8,719 nucleotides of DNA from Anaerohalosphaeraceae bacterium (GCA_050309605.1 JBNRMN010000065.1:1-8719); one strand, 5' to 3'; counted from the stretch's first letter, positions 1 through 7,078 are shown. Notes: a model not told the origin generated them from the sequence alone. Program-made: numbers and translations.

Positions 1-92
1 TCGTCTGGAACGATCTGACGGAACACTTAAAGAAACTGTCCAGTGGAACGCAAATTGTCAAAGAGCTTGGGCGACTACTGATCGCCGCATAA
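1..92 (+). CDS. 3' end of a CDS entering from the left edge, probably an IS transposase C-terminus (family uncertain)
   Basis: Frame 3 reads VWNDLTEHLKKLSSGTQIVKELGRLLIAA with TAA at 90-92. An IS-terminus-like GTCAACTTGAG follows at 112-122, then an AT-rich intergenic stretch. The transposase identity is inferred from context, not from a recognised motif. Confidence 0.45.
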   Translation, partial: VWNDLTEHLKKLSSGTQIVKELGRLLIAA

Positions 93-241
93 ATCTATGT
101 TTAAAAAATCAGTCAACTTGAGAATTATACTCCTTATTCAAATGACAATGCAATAGGTACTATTCCTGATTTTGTAGATTTTTATTATTTTGTTTATCTT
201 ATTCTCTACTCCAGATTGTTATTTCTCTCCGCTTTACCGAA

Positions 242-370
242 TCAGTGAGCAGCGCGGTTGCAGGCACGACGCAGCAGGTCGTCCAACAGCGCGCGAACCT
301 GTGGAACCGTCAAGGCCGGGGTATATTTTTTTCCCCCGCCGGATTTCCAGTATTAAAAACCACAGGACAG
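242..370 (-). pseudogene. IS701-family transposase C-terminal fragment with a frameshift at a G5A7 run
   Basis: The minus strand reads VLWFLILEIRRGKK, then after a +1 shift at GGGGGAAAAAAA (337-326) YTPALTVPQVRALLDDLLRRACNRAAH* (TGA 244-242). The WFL..E.RRGKK-TPA.TVPQVR pattern matches IS701-type C-termini as I recall them. The 5' part of the gene is missing. Confidence 0.7.
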
Positions 371-545
371 TCTGCTGATTACCAGCAACCTGCCGTTCTC
401 CAAGTGGGATGTCATCTTCAAAGACGCGATGACCACCGCCGCGGCGATTGACTGACTGGTCCATCACAGTGTGGTGCTGGAGTTGAATGTGCCGAGCTAC
501 CGGGCCGAGCAAGCCGAAGATGAGCCCGGAATGGCTCCTGAATGA
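369..545 (+). pseudogene. istB: IS21-family helper ATPase IstB, C-terminal fragment with an internal stop
   Basis: Reads SLLITSNLPFSKWDVIFKDAMTTAAAID*LVHHSVVLELNVPSYRAEQA..., carrying the typical IstB motifs ITSN..F..W, AA.DRLVHH and SYR. The Arg codon of DRL is TGA (453-455), the Walker A/B region is absent, and the frame ends at TGA 543-545. Confidence 0.9.
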
Positions 546-623
546 GCATCTTGTGATGTAACAAAAAAGTGAGTAGAACTTTAATTGACACAGCGTGTCA
601 GATAGAGTAAGTCTGTCTTGGGT

Positions 624-672
624 GCCGCACTTTTACAGCGCCGCCCGCCGCAGTTTTACTCCGCCCTTTACA
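624..672 (+). mobile_element. IS21-family-like terminus (tandem internal repeats ending in CA)
   Basis: GCCGCACTTTTACAGCGCC (624-642) and GCCGCAGTTTTACTCCGCC (647-665) are 16/19 identical with a 23-bp period, followed by CTTTACA. Repeated transposase-binding motifs plus a terminal CA are characteristic of IS21 ends. Confidence 0.7.
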
Positions 673-687
673 CCCATCGTCTTAAAC

Positions 688-738
688 CGGCTGGTTTTGA
701 ACCCGCAAATAGCGGCTGGTTTTAAGCGCAACTTGACA
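688..738 (+). mobile_element. Second, different IS21-family-like terminus
   Basis: CGGCTGGTTTT is repeated exactly at 688-698 and 713-723 (25-bp period). Each copy is followed by a similar AA..GCAA stretch, and the unit ends in TTGACA at 733-738. Confidence 0.6.
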
Positions 739-761
739 GCATGTACCCCTGTCAACGCTTC

Positions 762-785
762 GGATATGTCGTTACCGACATATCC
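762..785. repeat. Perfect inverted repeat, 10-bp arms with a 4-nt spacer
   Basis: GGATATGTCG-TTAC-CGACATATCC, read directly from the sequence. Function unknown. Confidence 0.85.
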
Positions 786-869
786 ACATGACTCGAGGCC
801 AGCGTGGATGGCTAATCCTTTACTGTACGACTCTCGCATTCGCTACTCCTTGCCAGTTATCTGGCGCAT

Positions 870-891
870 CCGAAATTTCCTTGACACTACC
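870..891 (+). mobile_element. IS256-family-like terminal inverted repeat remnant
   Basis: CCGAAATTTCCTTGACACTACC resembles the ...CTTGACACTACC terminus I recall from IS256-family elements. No transposase is adjacent. Confidence 0.5.
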
Positions 892-1130
892 AGATTTTTG
901 CTTCACACAGATAAATCTTACACACTTTTCTAAGAGCTGTGACAAAGTTGCTGGAACCGCTCTGTCCAAAAACAGACTCAAAAGCCTGAAGTTGCACCAA
1001 AACCACTTTCTTCCATCGCATCTGTCGCCGCAAGCCACAGATGCAAATGAATCACTCAAAATTCCACTCATTTTGCAAAAGCCTTAAATTGGCATTTCAG
1101 TTTCAACCCGAGCTATGTCTTGACGATTCT

Positions 1131-2366
1131 TTATTCGGAATCGCCGAATTTCCGAGCTGTTTGAAAGACAGTTAAAATCTTTTCCGGCTCAATGTCCGCC
1201 TGAATGTTGTGGATCGCGGCAAATACATGCCCCCCACCCTGATGCAGCAGCTCGATACGCTCCTGTACCTCTTGGCGGATCGCATCGACATCGCCGAACG
1301 GCAGTGTGCTTTGCGTCTCGACGCCGCCGCCCCAAAAACACAGGGCATTGCCATACTTTTTCTTGATCTTTTCCGGCTCCATCCCCTTGGCTGAGGTTTG
1401 AAGCGGGTTAAGAATGTCAATGCCGATTTCGATAAAGTCCGGCAGCAATTCTTCGACCGCCCCGTCACAATGGATGAAAACTTTGGCGTCGGTGCGAGCC
1501 TTGACAAACTCAATCCATTTTTTTTGCCGCGGTTTGATCATCTCGCGATAAAGTGTGGGGGGAATCTGCAACGCCTCTTGGGCGCCGAGATCGTCATTCA
1601 TCTGAATAGCGGAAATATAGGGTCCTGCAACCGCCAGGAATGCGTCCAAAATTTTTATATCATTTTCCAGAATCCGATCCATCCAGTATTCCATCATGTC
1701 ACGCTTGAGAATCAGGTTCATCATAAACTGCTCATAGCCGAACTGCTGGACCCCGATTTCCAGAAAGGAACCATTGAGCAGCGGAAGCCCCGCAAACAAA
1801 GCCTTGTCAGTCCCATGATACAGGCGCTGTATTTGCTGCCTGATGAACATTTCCTCCCGCTCGCTCCAGGCGTCCGGGAATTCATAGGCTTCGATATCAG
1901 CGACGCTTTCAGCGTCTTTGAGCGGCGCCGACACCACATCAAAATACAACGAAAACGGTACCCGTCTGGCAAAAACCTCGCCTTCAAACAGCACGTCAAT
2001 CGTTCCGTCGTCCAGAAACCGCGGATCATATGCCTCCGGAACCATACAGGACGTTCCGTCAGTCAATTGCCCTTCCTTCCAGCGGTCAATGTACAAAAAT
2101 GGCATTCCCGTCGTCGGGCCCAAACGACTCAGCAGTACCACATCGCCGCCCATCCGGTTGATCACCTCAAGAGACGGCAGTGCCAACTGCTGTTTGATGT
2201 CATACAAGTAAATCGTTTCATCGATTCCCAGGTGAGTCAGCAGATTTTTGTATGCCAGCGCCGCAATTCCGGTAATCCGGCTGGCGCCAAAATCAATGGG
2301 CGGGCGGGCAAGCTGTTCATGATTCAACGCGCGTTCCACACGTTCCCGGCTGGTCATACTTGCCAT
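1131..2366 (-). CDS. Uroporphyrinogen decarboxylase / MtaA-CmuA methyltransferase superfamily protein (411 aa)
   Basis: Motifs: MTSRERV..AL.H....RPPIDFG, G.EQFMMNL, NDDLGAQ...I.P.LYREMIKP, FIHCDG, IGIDILNPLQ, LCFWGGGVETQ.TLPFG, GG.VFAAIHNIQ. The ATG at 2366 has a GGAG 7 nt upstream and starts 2 nt after the MFS stop. Unlikely to be true HemE. Confidence 0.9.
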   Translation of the reverse strand: MASMTSRERVERALNHEQLARPPIDFGASRITGIAALAYKNLLTHLGIDETIYLYDIKQQLALPSLEVINRMGGDVVLLSRLGPTTGMPFLYIDRWKEGQLTDGTSCMVPEAYDPRFLDDGTIDVLFEGEVFARRVPFSLYFDVVSAPLKDAESVADIEAYEFPDAWSEREEMFIRQQIQRLYHGTDKALFAGLPLLNGSFLEIGVQQFGYEQFMMNLILKRDMMEYWMDRILENDIKILDAFLAVAGPYISAIQMNDDLGAQEALQIPPTLYREMIKPRQKKWIEFVKARTDAKVFIHCDGAVEELLPDFIEIGIDILNPLQTSAKGMEPEKIKKKYGNALCFWGGGVETQSTLPFGDVDAIRQEVQERIELLHQGGGHVFAAIHNIQADIEPEKILTVFQTARKFGDSE

Positions 2367-2368
2367 AT

Positions 2369-3643
2369 TCAATCTCCACAATATTGAATACTTACAGGCC
2401 CTTTTTTTTCTTTAACAAGCAGATGAATGCAAAGAATCGCAAATGGATGCAGAAATCCCATCAAGATAAAAATCGGATAATAGCCCACATATTCCACAAT
2501 CAGACCGGCACCAAACGATGAAAACAGGATACCACCCAGCCCGCCGGCAAATCCGCCCAGTCCGGTCACCGAGGCCACCGCCGACGAGGGGAAACAGTCC
2601 GAGGCCAGCGTGAAGATATTGGCCGACCAACCGCTGTGAGCGCCCGCGGCCAGACTGACCAATGCAATCACTATCCACGGATTGGCCATCACGGCGCTCA
2701 GCGCAGTAATCGGCAGACACATCGCACAGAGGAACATCACCGTCTTACGCGCCCAATAATTCGTCCAGCCGCGCCCGATCAGAAATCCTGCATACCAACC
2801 GGCAATGTTGGCCAGCACAATGGCCACCCCATAAATCAACGGCATCGCAAAGCCGACCTCTCGAATGTTGAATCCGTGCTGATCATACAGATACGGCGGC
2901 AGCCAAAAGATATAAAACCACCACACCGGATCAGCACAGAATTTGCCGATCATAATGCCCCAGGCTCGCCGATCTGTGATAAGATCACGCCATCGAACCG
3001 CCGCACGCGGCGCATCGGCAGGGACAGTGGAAATCTTGGCCGAATCCAAATGCTGTGGAAGGCGATACACAAAATGCCATACACTTGCCAACACCAGACC
3101 GGCCAGACCAAATACGACAAATGTCATCCTCCAACCAACCCACAATACCAGCGTCGCGATCAGCGGAGGACAGACCACCAGCGAAATATGCGGCCCGCTG
3201 TTGAACAGGGAGGTTGCCAGCGCCCGTTGTTTGGCAGGAAACCACTCCGCAACCGCTTTAATCGCGGCCGGAAAGTTACCGCTTTGAGTAATACCCAGCA
3301 TCCCCTGCCAAAATCCCAACGAAACGACCGACCGACTCAGTCCGGTCAGTGCGCCTGAAATCGACCACGAGACCATCGCCAACAGATAACCCAACTTCGT
3401 TCCCAGCCGGTCAATGATCTTGCCGGCAAAGACAAAACCTGCCGTATAAAGGATGCTGAATACAGTTAGAACATACCCATACTGTGCATCTGAAAGCGAC
3501 AGATCTTCGCGCACCATCTGGGATGCGACCGGCAGCAATATCCGATCCGCGTAATTGATCAGGGTTGCCAGAAAAATCAAAAACAGAATCACCCAGCGAT
3601 ATCGTGGATACGTAAGGCTGTCAAGTTGTTTGAGCTCTGTCAT
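2369..3643 (-). CDS. MFS transporter, ExuT/hexuronate-transporter-like (anion:cation symporter family), 424 aa
   Basis: RW.IL.L.FLATLINY.DR, G..IDRLGTK, FPAA.KAVAEWFP.KQRALATSLFNSG, DPVWWFY.FWLP.YL, AH.GWSAN.FTL.SD.FP..AVASV.GLGG; about 12 hydrophobic segments. Confidence 0.92.
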   Translation of the reverse strand: MTELKQLDSLTYPRYRWVILFLIFLATLINYADRILLPVASQMVREDLSLSDAQYGYVLTVFSILYTAGFVFAGKIIDRLGTKLGYLLAMVSWSISGALTGLSRSVVSLGFWQGMLGITQSGNFPAAIKAVAEWFPAKQRALATSLFNSGPHISLVVCPPLIATLVLWVGWRMTFVVFGLAGLVLASVWHFVYRLPQHLDSAKISTVPADAPRAAVRWRDLITDRRAWGIMIGKFCADPVWWFYIFWLPPYLYDQHGFNIREVGFAMPLIYGVAIVLANIAGWYAGFLIGRGWTNYWARKTVMFLCAMCLPITALSAVMANPWIVIALVSLAAGAHSGWSANIFTLASDCFPSSAVASVTGLGGFAGGLGGILFSSFGAGLIVEYVGYYPIFILMGFLHPFAILCIHLLVKEKKGPVSIQYCGD

Positions 3644-3700
3644 TTCTGAATCGCTGTCAGTCAGTCTTTTTGTTTAACATCCATTTGGCCGCACAACGGT

Positions 3701-5071
3701 TCAACGATTCAGCAGCCACTCAGCGCGCCAAACGTTGCGGCTTTTGAGGCGATTGGCGTCCTCGGCATCAAAGACTTCCTTGTCGGGATCCCAGTTTAGG
3801 CGTTTTTCACCGGCCTCAACCGAGATATTAGCCAACTGGCACAGCGAGCAGGTGCGATGTCCGACCTCGGCATCCTGCAGCGTCCGCTCGCGCGTCTTGA
3901 CACAGTCCAGAAAATCCCGCTTGTCGCCTTTTAACAGCAGACGGGTTTCGTTCGGCTCGATCTCCGATTTCAAAATCGACTCTGAGGACGCCTTTAATTC
4001 TTCACTAAACCATGTATATTCCAGCCAACCTTCATCCCCTTCACATCGCACAAAGGGGCGATTTTCGATATTTGAATAAAACAGCTCCACACCGTTGGCA
4101 TACTTGTAATAGGCTTCAAATGTTAACATCACATTCCACAAGCCCTTCTCCTTCGGATACGTCCCCTTCGCTTCAACAAGAATCGGCCCCGTACGGTCGG
4201 TGCCATTGGCCCACTGAACCACATCTACAATATGTGTACCCCAGTTCGTCACAAGCCCTTCGCAGTAGTCTCGCACGCGCATCCAACCCGGACGATCCCA
4301 GCTTTTCGACGGGTGGACCCGCTTTTCCGTATAAGGCGCCATCGGTGCCGGACCGATCCATCGCTCATAGTCCAGCTCAGCCGGAACCGGCATCTCCGGC
4401 ACCGGACCGCTGCCCTGGTCGGTACTCGGCACCCCTGCGCGGATCGTCTTGAGATTGCCGATGCGGCCATTGACGACCAATTCACACATCCGGTGAAAAT
4501 AGCGGTCGGAACGGGCTTCACTGTCAGTGCGAAAAACGCAGTTGTATTTTTTGGCCAGATTTGCCAGCACACGACCTTTTTCAATGCTCAATGTCAGCGG
4601 CTTTTCACAGCACACATCCTTGCCCGCTTTGACCGCATCAATCGCATGCGGCACATGCCAGTGATCCGGCGATGAAATCATCACCGCATCGATGTCCGGT
4701 TGTGACAGCAATGCTCGATAATCCAGATAGGCCCGGCAATCGGCCGCATTGGAAGAATTGTACCTCTGCGCGTAATACTCGTTGACCTGCTTGCGAGACT
4801 CCTCCAATCGCCAGGCATCCACATCACAAACCGCCACAATCCGACAATCCTCTTCACGCAGAAACTGCGGGGTATTCGTGGCCCGAGCCCATCGGCCGGT
4901 ACCGATCATGCCGATATTGATCCGATTGCTGGGAGCATTTTTGCCCAACACCGTGGCCGGGACAATGGCCGGCATTCCGAGAAAACTTCCAGCCGCCGCC
5001 AGCATCCCGCTGTGCTGAACAAATTGCCGTCGTGATAACGACTGTCCTTTGGTTGTACCATTCGTCTTCAC
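3701..5071 (-). CDS. Gfo/Idh/MocA-family NAD(P)-dependent oxidoreductase with a twin-arginine signal (456 aa)
   Basis: SRRQFV Tat motif, IGMIGTG Rossmann motif, AVCDVD, DIDAV.I..PDHWH, CCEKPLT, LDY..W.GPAP, NWGTH..D. GTG start with GAAAGGA upstream. Confidence 0.93.
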   Translation of the reverse strand: MKTNGTTKGQSLSRRQFVQHSGMLAAAGSFLGMPAIVPATVLGKNAPSNRINIGMIGTGRWARATNTPQFLREEDCRIVAVCDVDAWRLEESRKQVNEYYAQRYNSSNAADCRAYLDYRALLSQPDIDAVMISSPDHWHVPHAIDAVKAGKDVCCEKPLTLSIEKGRVLANLAKKYNCVFRTDSEARSDRYFHRMCELVVNGRIGNLKTIRAGVPSTDQGSGPVPEMPVPAELDYERWIGPAPMAPYTEKRVHPSKSWDRPGWMRVRDYCEGLVTNWGTHIVDVVQWANGTDRTGPILVEAKGTYPKEKGLWNVMLTFEAYYKYANGVELFYSNIENRPFVRCEGDEGWLEYTWFSEELKASSESILKSEIEPNETRLLLKGDKRDFLDCVKTRERTLQDAEVGHRTCSLCQLANISVEAGEKRLNWDPDKEVFDAEDANRLKSRNVWRAEWLLNR

Positions 5072-5157
5072 AATAGTATCCTTTCACTTGAATGTTGACA
5101 CTATATCGAATTTGTGTGAGTCCTGAATTTCGGCTTCTTTTATGGACAAGAAATCTG

Positions 5158-6063
5158 CTACTGACTGCCATTTCCCGCTTCAGCCGTTTTCTGCAGCACT
5201 GCCTGGTATATTGACCTCCACGCCGCTATCGATGCGCTCAAGTTTTCTTCGATATCGCCTTCGATACCAACTATCTGCAGGCCAACGGGTCCGGTATATC
5301 CCTCGGACTTCAATTTCTTCATCACCCCCGCCACATCAAGACTGCCCTGGTCCAATCGCTGGATATAACGTCTGGAAGGAACATCGGCCCCATTAATGGA
5401 CACCAGGTCCAGATAGGGAGCTGTCATCTCAATAATTTCATCCAGCCGATCCGCATACCCCTTCATTAACTCATGACACAGGTTGAAGGAAATTCTTACA
5501 TTATCGCGATCAACTTGTTTGAAAATCCGAAGTGCATCTTCCGCCGTCTCCACGTAGAAATTGACGTGCGGATACAGAACGACGCGAAGACCTGCCGCTG
5601 CGGCTTTATCGGCAACTTCTCTGACATTTTCAACCGCCTGTTTATCCAGCCCGCTTCTGACATTATCGCGACTCTGGACAGTCAGCCAAATTGCCGTGTT
5701 GCTGCCTTTAAGAATCTCCATCGCATCCCATAACTCAGCCTGGTATTTTGGGGGCCCGTCCACCCAGGTGTGTACATAGATACCGTATATCTTCAGACCG
5801 CGATCCCGAAACGCCCGCTGCCAATGCGCCAGCGCTTCTTTTGTGGTAAAATTGTAGCTGATTCCATCATATCCAAGCGCCTTGAGGGTTGCCGCCTGCT
5901 TTTCTGGAGCCCATTGCCCCCGCCCAACGCCGTTATCAAATACAAAAAATTCAAACGGCCGCTCTGCAGCAACGAGGGATAATTGGCAGACCCCCAAAAA
6001 ACCTAAAACAGCGACAATACGCAACTTGTGATGTAACAGACCCGAGTTAGCAGAGTTTGACAT
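5158..6063 (-). CDS. Xylose-isomerase-like TIM barrel (sugar phosphate isomerase/epimerase, AP-endonuclease-2 fold) with a probable Sec signal peptide (301 aa)
   Basis: LK.LGYDG, V.EVAD.A...GLRVVLYPH, FNLCH, L.QG.LDV..V...LK..GY.GPVGLQ. N-terminal KLR plus a hydrophobic stretch ending VAA. The ATG at 6063 is preferred over the TTG at 6078 because GAAAGG lies 7 nt upstream. Confidence 0.85.
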   Translation of the reverse strand: MSNSANSGLLHHKLRIVAVLGFLGVCQLSLVAAERPFEFFVFDNGVGRGQWAPEKQAATLKALGYDGISYNFTTKEALAHWQRAFRDRGLKIYGIYVHTWVDGPPKYQAELWDAMEILKGSNTAIWLTVQSRDNVRSGLDKQAVENVREVADKAAAAGLRVVLYPHVNFYVETAEDALRIFKQVDRDNVRISFNLCHELMKGYADRLDEIIEMTAPYLDLVSINGADVPSRRYIQRLDQGSLDVAGVMKKLKSEGYTGPVGLQIVGIEGDIEENLSASIAAWRSIYQAVLQKTAEAGNGSQ

Positions 6064-6147
6064 GCCTGAACCTTTCAAGTTATTTGATAATACTTGTTTG
6101 TAGGATTTCGGCTGACTGCGCCAATCCTTTCAATTCACACTTATCTA

Positions 6148-6176
6148 TTGCATTTAACATTATTAAGTGCTATTCT
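6148..6176 (+). promoter_or_regulatory. Candidate sigma70 promoter for the AraC gene
   Basis: TTGCAT (6148-6153), 17-nt spacer, TATTCT (6171-6176), 47 nt upstream of the ATG at 6224. It sits within a TTGCA...TGCAA inverted repeat (6148-6152 / 6176-6180). Confidence 0.5.
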
Positions 6177-6223
6177 GCAATGAACGGGAGTAGCAAATAT
6201 ATGCACAGGAGTAAGATGTTGAA

Positions 6224-7078
6224 ATGGATAGCATATATCTCAATGTAAGGCATTGCAGGCACCGTACAGATATCAGCGGCACGACATGGGGGCCTCGGAC
6301 AATACCGGATCATGAATTGATACTGGTTGCAAAAGGACGTTATCAGTACGTCGATGCAAGGGGAAGGTTTGATGTGAGTCCGGGCGAACTGCTGCTCATC
6401 GAACCACAGGTTCAGCATTCTTTCAGCAAAATTCCAGAAGACGACCCTGGCGTCCATCTCTGTGCACACTTCGATCTGGTGGATGTACATGGAAATCTCT
6501 TCATGGTGCACCAATTTGACTGCAAGACACAGCGTGTCACCCGAGTTGATAATTTCGATTATATTTACAATACGTTTGCACAGGCCGCACATGATTTTAT
6601 TTCATATAGCCGTTTTCATACGGATCTGGTAAATACAGCCATACGCCAAATATGGTTGCGAACGGCTGAAAAATGGTATAAAACCGACGTCAACGCACTG
6701 TCAGACACCGTCAGTAAAATGATGTCATATTTGCGGGAAAATCTGACTCGACCGGTAACCCGCAACGACCTGGCGGCTCAGTTTCACTATACACCTGAGC
6801 ACATTAATTATTTATTTAAAAAAGCTATCGGCATGAGTCCTTCACGCTTTTTAAACCGTGAACGGGTGATCCGTGCCTTCAGATATCTTTGCGAAGATGG
6901 TTTGAGTGTACAGCAAGCCGCTCTGAAAACCGGTTTCTCAAGTCAGTACTATTTCAGCCGTGTATTTAAAGAAATATTTGGTTATCCCCCCGGCAAGCTG
7001 AGGAAATATATCGGTCGCGATTTTCAAACGGCCAATATGCTCTATTCAGCCACTATTTCTGGAAAGATGAAAAGGTAG
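6224..7078 (+). CDS. AraC-family transcriptional regulator (N-terminal cupin ligand domain plus double HTH), 284 aa
   Basis: WGPR.IPDHELILV.KG...PGELLLIEP...H in the N-domain; LA..FHYTPEH.NYLFKK..GMSP..FLN..R and LSV..AA...GFSS.YYFSRVFK..FG.PP in the C-domain. Divergent from the operon. Confidence 0.93.
   Translation: MDSIYLNVRHCRHRTDISGTTWGPRTIPDHELILVAKGRYQYVDARGRFDVSPGELLLIEPQVQHSFSKIPEDDPGVHLCAHFDLVDVHGNLFMVHQFDCKTQRVTRVDNFDYIYNTFAQAAHDFISYSRFHTDLVNTAIRQIWLRTAEKWYKTDVNALSDTVSKMMSYLRENLTRPVTRNDLAAQFHYTPEHINYLFKKAIGMSPSRFLNRERVIRAFRYLCEDGLSVQQAALKTGFSSQYYFSRVFKEIFGYPPGKLRKYIGRDFQTANMLYSATISGKMKR

Noticed and set aside
234..512. 92-aa minus-strand ORF
   Set aside because: It is a chimera of the antisense of the istB fragment and part of the IS701 fragment, and it runs out of frame after the G5A7 run.
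624..738. Possible CRISPR array from the short repeats
   Set aside because: Only pairs of two different repeats with 23-25 bp periods; no spacer-sized intervals and no cas genes.
595..1087. ORFs 595-933, 633-839, 788-1087 and 820-1071
   Set aside because: No recognisable motifs or RBS, they overlap one another, and the region is better explained as IS-end debris.
1131..2366. Calling the gene hemE
   Set aside because: It lacks the HemE W.MRQAGR signature, is longer than typical HemE, and has no tetrapyrrole genes nearby.
1398..2387. 329-aa plus-strand ORF
   Set aside because: Antisense shadow of the UroD-family gene with no family motifs.
2636..3358. 240-aa plus-strand ORF and other small ORFs inside the operon and regulator genes
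   Set aside because: Antisense or alternative-frame shadows of well-supported CDSs.
6064..6078. Upstream starts given by the ORF track (6078, and 2381 for the UroD-like gene)
   Set aside because: Shine-Dalgarno motifs lie downstream of these codons and are well spaced for ATG 6063 and ATG 2366.
6151..6180. Overlapping minus-strand sigma70 promoter for the operon (TTGCAG as -35)
   Set aside because: No acceptable -10 at 16-18 nt spacing; an AraC-activated promoter cannot be placed from sequence alone.
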